From NCBI GenBank assembly GCA_025357945.1, contig JANYLJ010000074.1, positions 28,332 to 92,331 of the forward strand: a DNA stretch of 64,000 nt. The letters are read 5' to 3'. This document shows, in pieces, positions 46,570-55,673 of this stretch. Position 1 is the stretch's first letter; each line of letters begins with the position of its first letter. The notes under the pieces are model-generated. The model saw nothing but the letters and a program-made list of their open reading frames with translations. It was not told the DNA's origin and made no database searches. Position numbers and translations under genes: made by a program. The stretch is from Gemmatimonadota bacterium. GTDB lineage: Bacteria > Gemmatimonadota > Gemmatimonadetes > Gemmatimonadales > GWC2-71-9.

Positions 46570-48342
46570 ATGTCTGATACCGAAACCGTTGCCACCCCGA
46601 CGCTGCACCTCGAGACGCCGACCGGCCTGCGCGTTCGCGCCGACCTGTACGACGAGGATTACTCCGATTCGGAGTACCAGGACATGCTCGCCCTGTACGA
46701 GGGCACCATGTCGCAGATCGTCGAAGGCGAAATCGTCAAGTCGAAGATTCTCCGCATCACGGATAACGCCGTCATCCTCGATGTCGGATTCAAGTCCGAA
46801 GGCTCGGTGCCGCTCGACGAATTCAAGGACCCGCAGAACCTGCAGGTCGGTGACGAGGTCGAGGTCTTCCTCGAGCACCTCGAGGACCAGGAAGGTGCCG
46901 TCGTCCTGTCGAAGAAGAAGGCCGACTTCATGCGGGTCTGGGAGAAGATCCGCCAGGCGCACGAAAGCGACCAGCCGGTTGAAGGCACCCTGATGAAGAA
47001 GATCAAGGGCGGCGTCGTCGTGAACCTGATGGGTGTGGATGCCTTCCTGCCGGGTTCGCAGATCGCGCTCCGGCGCGTGCCCAACATCGACGAGTTGCTC
47101 GGCCAGACCTACGAATTCAAGATCATCAAGCTCAACAAGCGCCGGCGCAACATCGTCGTCTCGCGCCGCGTGATCCTCGAGAACGAGCGGGCGCACAAGC
47201 GCGAGCACCTGATGAAGGAGCTCGAGGTGGGCCAGGTGCGGAAGGGTGTCGTCAAGAATATCACCGACTTCGGCGCCTTCATTGATCTTGGCGGCGTCGA
47301 CGGCCTGCTCCACATCACCGACATGTCGTACGGCCGGGTGTCGCATCCGAGCGAGTTGGTCACGATCGGCAAGGAAGTCGAGGTCAAGATCCTCGACATC
47401 GATTGGCAGCGCGAGCGCATTTCGCTCGGCATGAAGCAGCTGCAGTCGTATCCGTGGCAGAACGTCGCCGAGAAGTATCCGGTCGGCTCGCGCGTGCAGG
47501 GCAAGGTGGTCTCGATCACCAACTACGGCGCGTTCGTCGAGCTGGAGCCGGGGATCGAAGGCCTGGTACACATCTCCGAGATGAGCTGGACCCGGAACGT
47601 GCGTCACCCGAGCAAGATCGTGTCGATCGGCGAGACGATCGACGCGGTGGTGCTCAAGGTGGACGAGGCCGAAGAGAAGATCTCCCTCGGCATGAAGCAG
47701 ACCGAACAGGATCCCTGGATGATCCTGCCGCTCAAGTACCCGATCGGCACGCGTATCGCCGGCAAGGTGCGCAACCTGACCTCGTTCGGTGCCTTCGTCG
47801 AGATCGAGCCGGGAATCGACGGGTTGATCCACATCTCGGACATGTCGTGGACCAAGCGGGTGCAGCATCCGTCGGAGGTCGTCAAGAAGGGCGACGCCGT
47901 GGATGTCGTCATCCTCAACATCGACGCCGACAACAAGCGCATCTCCCTTGGCCTCAAGCAGGCCAGCGAAGATCCGTGGCTCACCATCGGCGAGCGGTTG
48001 CCGGTTGGCCTTGAGCTGCGGGGCACAGTCCTGCGCCCGGTCGATAAGGGCATCGTGCTCGATCTCGGCAACGACATTGAAGGATTTGCGCCGGTCTCGC
48101 AGATGGGCATCGCCGCCGACAAGAGTCCGGAAGATGCGGTTGTTACCGGCCAGCAGGTCATCACCAAGATCCTCGAGGTCGATCCGATCCATCACCGCGT
48201 CGTGGTGGCGATTATCGACTACCCGGCGGACGGCATCCCGGAGCCGGGCTCGATTCCGGTGACGCCGGTCCTACCGCCGGAGGACGATGACACCGAAGGC
48301 TACGAGCAGTACAAGGAGCTCGCGAACAAGCCGGTGGAATAG
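46570..48342 (+). CDS. rpsA: 30S ribosomal protein S1
   Basis: It has six S1/OB repeats (for example [28 protein letters not shown] and [30 protein letters not shown]). Confidence 0.95.
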   Translation: [590 protein letters not shown]

Positions 48343-48354
48343 ACCTGCCGCGCT

Positions 48355-48381
48355 GTCACCCTGAGCAAGGCGAGGGATGAC
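48355..48381. repeat. REP-like hairpin unit (single copy)
   Basis: GTCACCCTGAGCAAGGCGAGGGATGAC belongs to the same family as 32887 and 58962. It starts 12 nt after the rpsA stop. Confidence 0.7.
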
Positions 48382-48390
48382 AGCGATCCG

Positions 48391-48465
48391 CCATGCGCCG
48401 TGAGCCCCGGTCCGTCGGCTCGCCCTCCAGCGGCGAGCCGACGGACCGGGGCTCATGGCGCATGG
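48391..48465. repeat. 34-bp near-perfect inverted repeat (large hairpin, 7-nt loop)
   Basis: CCATGCGCCGTGAGCCCCGGTCCGTCGGCTCGCC (48391-48424) pairs with GGCGAGCCGACGGACCGGGGCTCATGGCGCATGG (48432-48465). The single non-Watson-Crick position is a G-U pair in RNA. Confidence 0.9.
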
Positions 48466-48490
48466 TGGCTTGTCATTAGACTTCCACCAC

Positions 48491-50044
48491 ATGACCGACA
48501 TCCGGAAGCACCTTACCGACCTGCATCACCGGCAGGCCCAGGCAGAGCTGGGCGGCGGCGAGCAGCGCGTCGCGCAACAGCACAAGAAGGGGAAGCTCAC
48601 CGCGCGAGAGCGCCTCGACCTCTTGCTCGACCCGGCGTCATTTACTGAACTCGATCGCTTCGTCACCCATCGCGCCACCGACTTCGGCATGGCGGCCAAC
48701 CAGCCGCTCGGCGATGGGGTGGTGGCGGGATGGGGACGCATCGACGGCCGGCTCGTGTACGTCTTCTCGCAGGACTTCACGGTGATCGGTGGCTCGCTCT
48801 CCGAAACGAACGCGGCGAAGATCTGCAAGGTGATGGATCTGGCGGTGCGCAATGGTGCACCGATCATCGGCCTCAACGATTCCGGTGGCGCCCGCATTCA
48901 GGAAGGCGTTGCGTCGCTCGGCGGCTACGCCGACATCTTCCTGCGCAATACCCTCGCGTCGGGCGTCGTCCCACAGATATCCGCGGTGCTCGGGCCATGC
49001 GCCGGCGGTGCGGTGTATTCGCCGGCGCTCACCGACTTCGTGTTCATGGTGCGTGGCGTGAGCTACATGTACGTGACCGGCCCCGACGTGGTGAAGACCG
49101 TCACCCACGAGAAGGTGTCGCATGACGACCTCGGCGGCGCCGACGTGCACGCGGAGATATCCGGTGTCGCGCACTTTGTGCATGCATCAGAACCGGAGTG
49201 CCTCAACGCCATTCGGACGCTGCTGTCGTTCCTCCCGCCCAACAACGTCGACGAGCCGCCAACCGGCGCCGTCACCGATCCGGCAGATCGACGTGAGGAA
49301 CGCCTGCTCGCGGTGATGCCGGATGCTCGGTCCAAGGCGTACGACATGCACGAGGTGCTCCGCCTGGTCGTGGATGATGGTGACTTCTTTGAGACGATGC
49401 CCGGGTTCGCCGGAAACATTCTTACCGGTTTCGCGCGACTCGCTGGCCGATCGATCGGTATCGTTGCCAACCAGCCGGCGGTGCTCGCCGGAGTGCTCGA
49501 TATCAGCGCCTCGGTCAAGGCGGCGCGCTTCATCCGCTTTTGCGACGCGTTCAATATCCCGCTGGTGAGTTTTGTTGATGTGCCGGGGTTCCTGCCCGGC
49601 GTCGCGCAGGAACATGGCGGGATCATCCGGCACGGCGCCAAGCTGCTCTACGCATACTGCGAGGCCACGGTGCCCAAGCTCACGGTGATCACCCGGAAGG
49701 CGTACGGCGGCGCCTACGACGTGATGAGTTCGAAGCACATTCGCGGCGACGTGAACCTGGCGTGGCCGAGCGCCGAGATTGCGGTGATGGGGGCGAAGGG
49801 CGCGGTGGAAATCCTGTACAAGGAAGCGATCTCGAACGCGGCGGACCCAGTGGCCGAGGTGGCCCGGAAGACCGCCGCGTACGAGGAACTATTTGCCACC
49901 CCCTACCTGGCGGCGGCACGAGGCTACATTGATGATGTCATCGATCCGCGGGACACCCGGCCGCGCCTGATCGACGCCCTGCAAACTCTCACCACCAAAC
50001 GCGACCGGAATCCGCCGAAGAAACACGGATGCATACCGCTGTGA
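48491..50044 (+). CDS. Acyl-CoA carboxylase carboxyltransferase (beta) subunit, propionyl-/methylmalonyl-CoA type
   Basis: [50 protein letters not shown] and [20 protein letters not shown] identify it. The ATG at 48491 (MTDIRKHL) is preferred, because the tracked start at 48455 lies inside the palindrome. Confidence 0.9.
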   Translation: MTDIRKHLTDLHHRQAQAELGGGEQRVAQQHKKGKLTARERLDLLLDPASFTELDRFVTHRATDFGMAANQPLGDGVVAGWGRIDGRLVYVFSQDFTVIGGSLSETNAAKICKVMDLAVRNGAPIIGLNDSGGARIQEGVASLGGYADIFLRNTLASGVVPQISAVLGPCAGGAVYSPALTDFVFMVRGVSYMYVTGPDVVKTVTHEKVSHDDLGGADVHAEISGVAHFVHASEPECLNAIRTLLSFLPPNNVDEPPTGAVTDPADRREERLLAVMPDARSKAYDMHEVLRLVVDDGDFFETMPGFAGNILTGFARLAGRSIGIVANQPAVLAGVLDISASVKAARFIRFCDAFNIPLVSFVDVPGFLPGVAQEHGGIIRHGAKLLYAYCEATVPKLTVITRKAYGGAYDVMSSKHIRGDVNLAWPSAEIAVMGAKGAVEILYKEAISNAADPVAEVARKTAAYEELFATPYLAAARGYIDDVIDPRDTRPRLIDALQTLTTKRDRNPPKKHGCIPL

Positions 50045-51045
50045 TGCGCAGGCTGCGTTGCTCTGCTTTGATCTCGGGCGGCACTCTCGTCGCCTTTGCG
50101 CCCGGCGCGTCGGGTCAGCAGACGCCCGTTGAGGCGGTCACCAATACGCCGTCCACCGTGCAGCGGGCGCAGGCCCTGTTGCAGCGCGGCCAGCGCGACT
50201 CGGCTGCCATGCTCCTCGGTGCTCGGGTCACCGAACAGCCGAGTGACGGACGGGCCTGGTTGTTCCTCGGCCGGATCTACCTTGCCGACGCACAACAGTG
50301 GCACCGCGCCGGGCACCCGGGCGAGACGTCGAGCGCGAGCCTGCTCCTTGGCTTCGCCGGAACGTCGTTCGAGCCAGCGCAGGAGCTGCTGACCGATTCT
50401 GGTGGCGTATACCGCGTCGTGGTGGCGATGGAGCGTGCGATCCTGCGAATCGAAACATCCGGGTGGGACAGCCTGGCTTTGTGGCGACTTCCGGCCGAAG
50501 ATCTCCCGTTGCCGCCGGTGTTGGCGGAATTGGGGCGCAACCTGTTGGCGTCATGTCCGGCGAACGGTGTCCTCCTCACTGGTGCGTCGGTGGCAGAAGC
50601 GGCGGCGATGTGGGGCGTCCGGTTACAAGGCGAACGGAGCGACGTGGTGCTGCTGCGTCCCGACATGTACCAGGGGGATCCGCGCTATCGTGCCCGTATG
50701 GCCGCGGTGCTCGGCGCCGACCCCACCAGCGACCTGGCGACGGCACTGACCCGCGCGGCGCGAACGCGACCGATCTGTCTTGCGCCGACGGTGGATTCAA
50801 CGATTGCCGGCAACCTGAACTGGCTGCCATCGCAGTTGCTGCTCGCGACCACGCCGGCCAATGCGCAGCCAGCGGCGTTGTCCGTCTTCCGGTTTGCCCG
50901 CACCGGGCTCACCGGCTCAGTCTGGACCGCCGCCGCACGCGACATCTACGATCTCGCCGCGCGTCGCAACCGCGGTCTGTGCCGCACCCTCTTCGCCAGC
51001 TCCGACGACCTCACACCGCCAGCCATTCCCGCCTGCTCGCAATGA
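50044..51045 (+). CDS. Exported hypothetical protein (unknown function)
   Basis: It has a signal-like N-terminus [24 protein letters not shown] and a TPR-like helix pair near the N-terminus. I recognise no other motif. The start overlaps the carboxyltransferase stop (TGATG) and the stop overlaps the biotin carboxylase start (ATGA). Confidence 0.6.
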   Translation: MRRLRCSALISGGTLVAFAPGASGQQTPVEAVTNTPSTVQRAQALLQRGQRDSAAMLLGARVTEQPSDGRAWLFLGRIYLADAQQWHRAGHPGETSSASLLLGFAGTSFEPAQELLTDSGGVYRVVVAMERAILRIETSGWDSLALWRLPAEDLPLPPVLAELGRNLLASCPANGVLLTGASVAEAAAMWGVRLQGERSDVVLLRPDMYQGDPRYRARMAAVLGADPTSDLATALTRAARTRPICLAPTVDSTIAGNLNWLPSQLLLATTPANAQPAALSVFRFARTGLTGSVWTAAARDIYDLAARRNRGLCRTLFASSDDLTPPAIPACSQ

Positions 51046-52562
51046 ATCCCCGGCCGCTGCGCCGGGTTCTCATCGCGAACCGCGGCGAGATCGCACTGCG
51101 CATCATGCGCGCCTGCCGGGACGAGGGACTCGAGACCGTCGCGGTCTACTCCGACGCCGACCGGTACGCGCCGTTTGTCCGGGTTGCCGATCGAGCGGTC
51201 CGGATCGGACCGGCCGCGCCCGTCGAGAGCTACCTGCGTATCGCGGTACTGCTGGAAGCGGCGCGAGCGAGCGGCGCCGATGCGGTACATCCGGGATACG
51301 GATTCCTCGCCGAGCGCGCGGCCTTTGCGCAGGCGGTGGACGACGCGGGCCTGATCTTCATCGGGCCGCCGGCGTCGGCGATCTCGGCGATGGGCGACAA
51401 GACGTCGGCGCGCCGCCTGATGGCCGCCGCCGGCGTGCCGATCGTGCCAGGTTCGCTGGCGGCATTGAATGACCCGGACGAGGCCGCGGCGGTCGCCCGC
51501 GAGATCGGCTACCCGGTGCTCGTCAAGGCAGCGGCAGGCGGCGGTGGCAAGGGGATGCGCGTCGTCGCCGCCCCGCGCGAGCTTGCGGCCGCGCTCGCCA
51601 CCGCATCGAGCGAAGCCACCAAGGCCTTCGGGGATGGCAGCGTGTACCTCGAGAAGTACATCGAGCGCCCACGTCACGTCGAGATTCAGATCCTCGCCGA
51701 TCACGAGCGAACGATTCACATTGGCGAGCGCGAGTGCTCGATCCAGCGACGGCACCAGAAGCTGGTCGAAGAGGCGCCGTCGATCGCGGTCGATGAAGCG
51801 TTGCGCGAGCGCATGGGTGCCGCCGCGGTGGCGGCAGGCGTCGCCGTCGGATATCGTGGCGCCGGGACATGCGAATTCCTGCTCGCCTCGAACGGCGACT
51901 TCTTTTTCCTCGAAATGAACACCCGGATTCAGGTGGAGCATCCGGTCACCGAAGAAGTGTATGGCGTCGACCTCGTTCGCGAACAGCTGCGGATTGCCGG
52001 CGGACGCGCGATGTCGGTACCGTACGGCCGCCTGGTGCCGCGGGGCTGGGCGATCGAGTGCCGGATCACCAGTGAGGATCCGGCCAACGGATTATTGCCG
52101 AGCGCCGGGCTGATCCGCTGGATGCGGGCGCCGGCGGGACCCGGCGTGCGCTGGGAGAGCGGCGTCGAGACCGGCAGTGAAGTGACGCTGTTCTACGACT
52201 CGATGCTCGCCAAGCTGGTCGTGCACGCGCCCGATCGCCGACAGGCGATCGACGTGATGCAGCGGGCGTTGTCAGAACTGACGATCGTCGGCGTGGCGAC
52301 CAACGTGCCGTTTCACCGGGCACTCCTCGCCGATCCGGAGTTCCTCGCGGGCACGATCGACATCCAGTTTCTGGATCGCCGCGCGGATCTCCTCGCTGCT
52401 GCGGACGATGCGGCGACGACGATGCGCCTCGCGGTCGCCGCCGCGTTGCTCGCCGACGATCGCCGGTTGTCCCGGCGCGGGACGGTGCCGGCTGCCGCGC
52501 CGGAGCGGGTCGCATCGTCGAGCGCGTGGGCGGCTACCGCCCGACGTGACGCGCTCCGGTGA
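51042..52562 (+). CDS. accC: Biotin carboxylase subunit (ATP-grasp), no fused biotinyl domain
   Basis: VLIANRGEIALRIMRACR, HPGYGFLAE, the ATP-grasp motif GYPVLVKAAAGGGGKGMR and EMNTRIQVEHPVTE identify it. A C-terminal Ala/Arg-rich tail carries no AMKM motif. The tracked ORF starts at 50298. Confidence 0.92.
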   Translation: MNPRPLRRVLIANRGEIALRIMRACRDEGLETVAVYSDADRYAPFVRVADRAVRIGPAAPVESYLRIAVLLEAARASGADAVHPGYGFLAERAAFAQAVDDAGLIFIGPPASAISAMGDKTSARRLMAAAGVPIVPGSLAALNDPDEAAAVAREIGYPVLVKAAAGGGGKGMRVVAAPRELAAALATASSEATKAFGDGSVYLEKYIERPRHVEIQILADHERTIHIGERECSIQRRHQKLVEEAPSIAVDEALRERMGAAAVAAGVAVGYRGAGTCEFLLASNGDFFFLEMNTRIQVEHPVTEEVYGVDLVREQLRIAGGRAMSVPYGRLVPRGWAIECRITSEDPANGLLPSAGLIRWMRAPAGPGVRWESGVETGSEVTLFYDSMLAKLVVHAPDRRQAIDVMQRALSELTIVGVATNVPFHRALLADPEFLAGTIDIQFLDRRADLLAAADDAATTMRLAVAAALLADDRRLSRRGTVPAAAPERVASSSAWAATARRDALR

Positions 52563-53791
52563 GCGAGTCGGCCCCGGTGGTTCACGTTCGGGCGATCGCC
52601 GCAGGCGGCGACGGAGTAGCGACCTTGGGTGACGGCCGGACCGTGTTCGTTCCGCGTGCGGCACCCGGCGACGAATTGCGGTTGCACAACGTTCGCACGC
52701 ATGCGCGCTTCGCCCGCGCCGACATCGCTGAGATACTCGTGCCCGGCCCGGATCGCGTGCGACCACCATGCCAGCACTATCTGGCCGATCGTTGCGGTGG
52801 GTGTCAGGTGATGCACCTGAGTCCCGCGGCGCAGCGCCGGGCCAAGGCGCGAATCGCCGGCGACGCACTCCGCCGCATTGCGCATGTCGATGTGAGCGAT
52901 CCTGACGTCGTGGCCTCGCCGCACGAACTCGGCTACCGCACCAAGGTCACCTTCGCGATGCAACAGGGACGTCTTGGGCTTCACCCGGTCGGCGACCCGG
53001 CCTACGTCTTTGATGTTCGTGAGTGCCTGATCGCCGATCCTGAGCTGCGCCGCCTGCATGCCGCCGTGCGCGACGCGCGGGGGCTGCTGCCGCAGGACGA
53101 CGCCCGCGTGGTGTTGCGCCTCGACCGCGAGCGCGGGCGCCACGTGATCGTGCGCACCGGGACGGGTGACGTCTGGAACGGCGGCAAGCCGCTCCACCTG
53201 GCGCTCCAGCGGGCTGGCATCGCTGCCGTGGTGTGGTGGCATCCGGAAGGCGGCAACGCGCGGGCAGTCGCGGGCGCGGCCGACCCTTGGCCGGCGACGG
53301 TATTCGAACAGGTGCATCCCGCCGTGGGCGCGATGGTGCGACACGCGGCACTCGACGCCCTCGGTGACGTCGGTGGGCAACAGGTGTGGGACCTCTACGC
53401 CGGGATCGGTGAATCCACCGTCGGGTTAATCGAGCGTGGTGCCAAGGTCGCCAGCGTTGAGAGCGATCCGCGGGCCGTGCAAGTGGCGGATGCGGCCGGG
53501 CCGATCGGTCCACGGCGGATAACTGGCAGGGTAGAGGATGTTGCGGCAACGCTCCCGATGCCCGACGCGATCATCACCAACCCGCCGCGCGTTGGCATGG
53601 CCGAGCGCGCAACCGACATCGTGAAGAAGTCGGGCGCGACGCGAATCGCCTACATCTCGTGTGACGCGGCGACCCTCGCGCGCGACATCCAGCGACTCGG
53701 TTCCGCCTATCAGCTGCGTCAGCTGCAGGCGTTCGATCAGTTTCCCCAGACGGCCCACCTCGAGTCTGTTGCGCTGCTGGAGCTGGGATGA
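52559..53791 (+). CDS. TRAM-domain class I SAM-dependent RNA (uracil-5)-methyltransferase, RlmD/RumA/TrmA family
   Basis: It has a TRAM-like N-terminus (GGDGVATL.DGRTVFVPRAAPGD), an Fe-S cysteine cluster (CQHYLADRCGGCQ), the SAM motif DLYAGIGE, NPPRVG and the catalytic region YISCDAATLARD. Confidence 0.85.
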   Translation: MSESAPVVHVRAIAAGGDGVATLGDGRTVFVPRAAPGDELRLHNVRTHARFARADIAEILVPGPDRVRPPCQHYLADRCGGCQVMHLSPAAQRRAKARIAGDALRRIAHVDVSDPDVVASPHELGYRTKVTFAMQQGRLGLHPVGDPAYVFDVRECLIADPELRRLHAAVRDARGLLPQDDARVVLRLDRERGRHVIVRTGTGDVWNGGKPLHLALQRAGIAAVVWWHPEGGNARAVAGAADPWPATVFEQVHPAVGAMVRHAALDALGDVGGQQVWDLYAGIGESTVGLIERGAKVASVESDPRAVQVADAAGPIGPRRITGRVEDVAATLPMPDAIITNPPRVGMAERATDIVKKSGATRIAYISCDAATLARDIQRLGSAYQLRQLQAFDQFPQTAHLESVALLELG

Positions 53792-54291
53792 AGTACTTCG
53801 TGACCCGGGGTGAGCTTACCGTCGAAGTCGAGCTGGACGGCGACGTCGTGTTGGTGGATGGACGCCGCCTCGAGGCGCGCCTGGAACGCGTGCCCGGCAC
53901 GCCGGAGGTGCGCATCGTTATCGACGGCGTGGCGACCACCCTGGCGGTCGACGCATACCAGGGGAGTGACCTGCGGCTGATCGACCGGGGTGCCGTTCGC
54001 GACCTGACCGTCGAGGACGAGCGCACGCGGCACATCCGCCTGCTCGCCGGGCCCGGGAAGGTCGTCGACGGCCACTCGGTCCTCAAGGCGCCGATGCCCG
54101 GTCTCGTGCTCCGGATCCTGGTGGCGGCAGGCGACCCGGTCACCGCCGGCATGCCGCTATTGGCCCTGGAGGCGATGAAGATGGAGAATGAGCTCCGGGC
54201 GACGGCACCGGGGGTGGTCGGTGCGGTCCGGGTCGCTGCGGGCGACGCCGTGGAGAAGGGTCAGGTCCTGCTGGAACTGAACGCCGGGTGA
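53788..54291 (+). CDS. Biotin carboxyl carrier (biotinyl/lipoyl domain) protein
   Basis: The C-terminal biotinyl domain has LKAPMPG and the biotinylation motif EAMKMEN. An N-terminal region of about 95 aa is of unknown role. Confidence 0.88.
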   Translation: MKYFVTRGELTVEVELDGDVVLVDGRRLEARLERVPGTPEVRIVIDGVATTLAVDAYQGSDLRLIDRGAVRDLTVEDERTRHIRLLAGPGKVVDGHSVLKAPMPGLVLRILVAAGDPVTAGMPLLALEAMKMENELRATAPGVVGAVRVAAGDAVEKGQVLLELNAG

Positions 54292-54308
54292 GCCGGCCAC
54301 GCACAGCT

Positions 54309-55664
54309 TCAGAGCGCCGTGGGAAAGCTCTCCGGCACCTCGCCTGTCGACCAGCGCGCACCCCGATCCAGCGGTTCGACCGCGCGTGTCATATCGTAAT
54401 GCAGCATGGCGTCGAACTGGTTGGCGAGCTGGGCGTGGTAGTAATGACTCTGTCGCTCCGTTTCCGGATGATAGATGACACCGATGGCCCGTTGCAGCCG
54501 GGCAGGGGTGAGCGCGGCCGTCGGCCCGGGCTCGCCGGTGACGACCAGGAAATTGGCGACGCCAAGCTGATGAAAGAGCAATTCGTAGCTGTGCGGTAGC
54601 GCGGGCCGCACCACCTTCCGTTCCGCCGGCTCATCCCAGCCGGACGCGGCCGTCACGGTGCCACCATAGGTGCTGAATCCCACCGCCACCGTCTGCGTGC
54701 CGTGCCGTTCGCGCACGAGCTGTCCGAGGTTGAGCTCCCCGGACCGACCCTGCTCCGTGGCTCGCGCGTCACCCAGATGCGAGTTGTGCGCCCAGACCAC
54801 GACCTTGGCGGATGCTGGCCCGGCAGAAAGATGCGCCACCAGCGCATCCAGGGTGTCGGCCATGTGCCCATCGCGCAGATTCCACGACAGCGCACGGCTG
54901 CCGAACATGGCCCGGTAGTAGCGCTCCGCGTTGGCGACAACCAGCGCGTTCTGGGCAGCATAGAACAGGTCATCCGGTGTTTCCTGATGATCGCGACCAT
55001 GGTAGGTGGCCGCAGCCCGGCGCAGCTCGACCAGTTGCGCGACGACCTCGGCTTCACACGAGGGCTCCAGCCCGAGGCTTGCCGCGTATCCGTAGGATTG
55101 GAGATCGTGGTCGAACCGGTCGAAGCAGGCGTAGCGCGCCCGGGCTCGGCTGGAGGCGGCAGGATCGGCGATGTCGAGGTACTCCAGGACTGCATCGACG
55201 GACGCGTGCAGGCTGTAGAGATCCAGTCCATAGAAACCCGCTCGCGACGCTTCGGCGCGGCCCTCGTTGAACGAGCGGAGCCAGCCGACGAAGTCCAGCA
55301 CATCGGCATTCCGCCACATCCACTGCGGGAATCGGACAAAACCGAGCAGGGCCTCGCTGGCATCAGCGTCATCCTTCAGGCCGCGAACGTATCGGTTGAC
55401 GCGGAGCGCATCCGGCCAGTCGGCTTCCACCGCGACGGCGCTGAAGCCGTGGTCGACGATGAGGCGCTTGGTGATCTCCGCGCGGATCCGGTAGAACTCA
55501 TGGGTGCCGTGGGACGCTTCGCCGAGGAGCACGAGGTGCGCGTCGCCGATCCGCTCGAACAACGGATCGAAGTCTGATCGCTCGCCGCGCAGCGGATGAA
55601 TCGCCCGTCGCAGCAGATCGGCAGCGCTCGCGGATGCGTGGGCCATCGTTCGGTCTCCTGTCAC
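54309..55664 (-). CDS. Erythromycin esterase family (Ere/ChaN-like superfamily) protein
   Basis: LVLLGEASHGTHEFY, AVEADWPDA..VNRYV, FPQWMWRN and VWAHNSHLGD are family hallmarks as I recall them. The substrate is unknown. Confidence 0.8.
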   Translation of the reverse strand: MTGDRTMAHASASAADLLRRAIHPLRGERSDFDPLFERIGDAHLVLLGEASHGTHEFYRIRAEITKRLIVDHGFSAVAVEADWPDALRVNRYVRGLKDDADASEALLGFVRFPQWMWRNADVLDFVGWLRSFNEGRAEASRAGFYGLDLYSLHASVDAVLEYLDIADPAASSRARARYACFDRFDHDLQSYGYAASLGLEPSCEAEVVAQLVELRRAAATYHGRDHQETPDDLFYAAQNALVVANAERYYRAMFGSRALSWNLRDGHMADTLDALVAHLSAGPASAKVVVWAHNSHLGDARATEQGRSGELNLGQLVRERHGTQTVAVGFSTYGGTVTAASGWDEPAERKVVRPALPHSYELLFHQLGVANFLVVTGEPGPTAALTPARLQRAIGVIYHPETERQSHYYHAQLANQFDAMLHYDMTRAVEPLDRGARWSTGEVPESFPTAL

Positions 55665-55673
55665 ATCACGGCG

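Noticed and set aside
46531-48195. A 554-aa ORF antisense to rpsA.
   Set aside because: It mirrors the repetitive S1 domains on the opposite strand and has no independent signals.
48271-48648. Two small ORFs on opposite strands (48271-48501 minus, 48400-48648 plus) encoding near-identical peptides (MSPGPSAR...RRTGAHGAW).
   Set aside because: The identity is a direct consequence of the 34-bp palindrome and is not evidence of coding.
50298-51041. A 248-codon extension upstream of the biotin carboxylase.
   Set aside because: It overlaps the exported hypothetical gene in another frame. The canonical biotin carboxylase N-terminus (MNPRPLRRVLIANRGEIA) starts at 51042.
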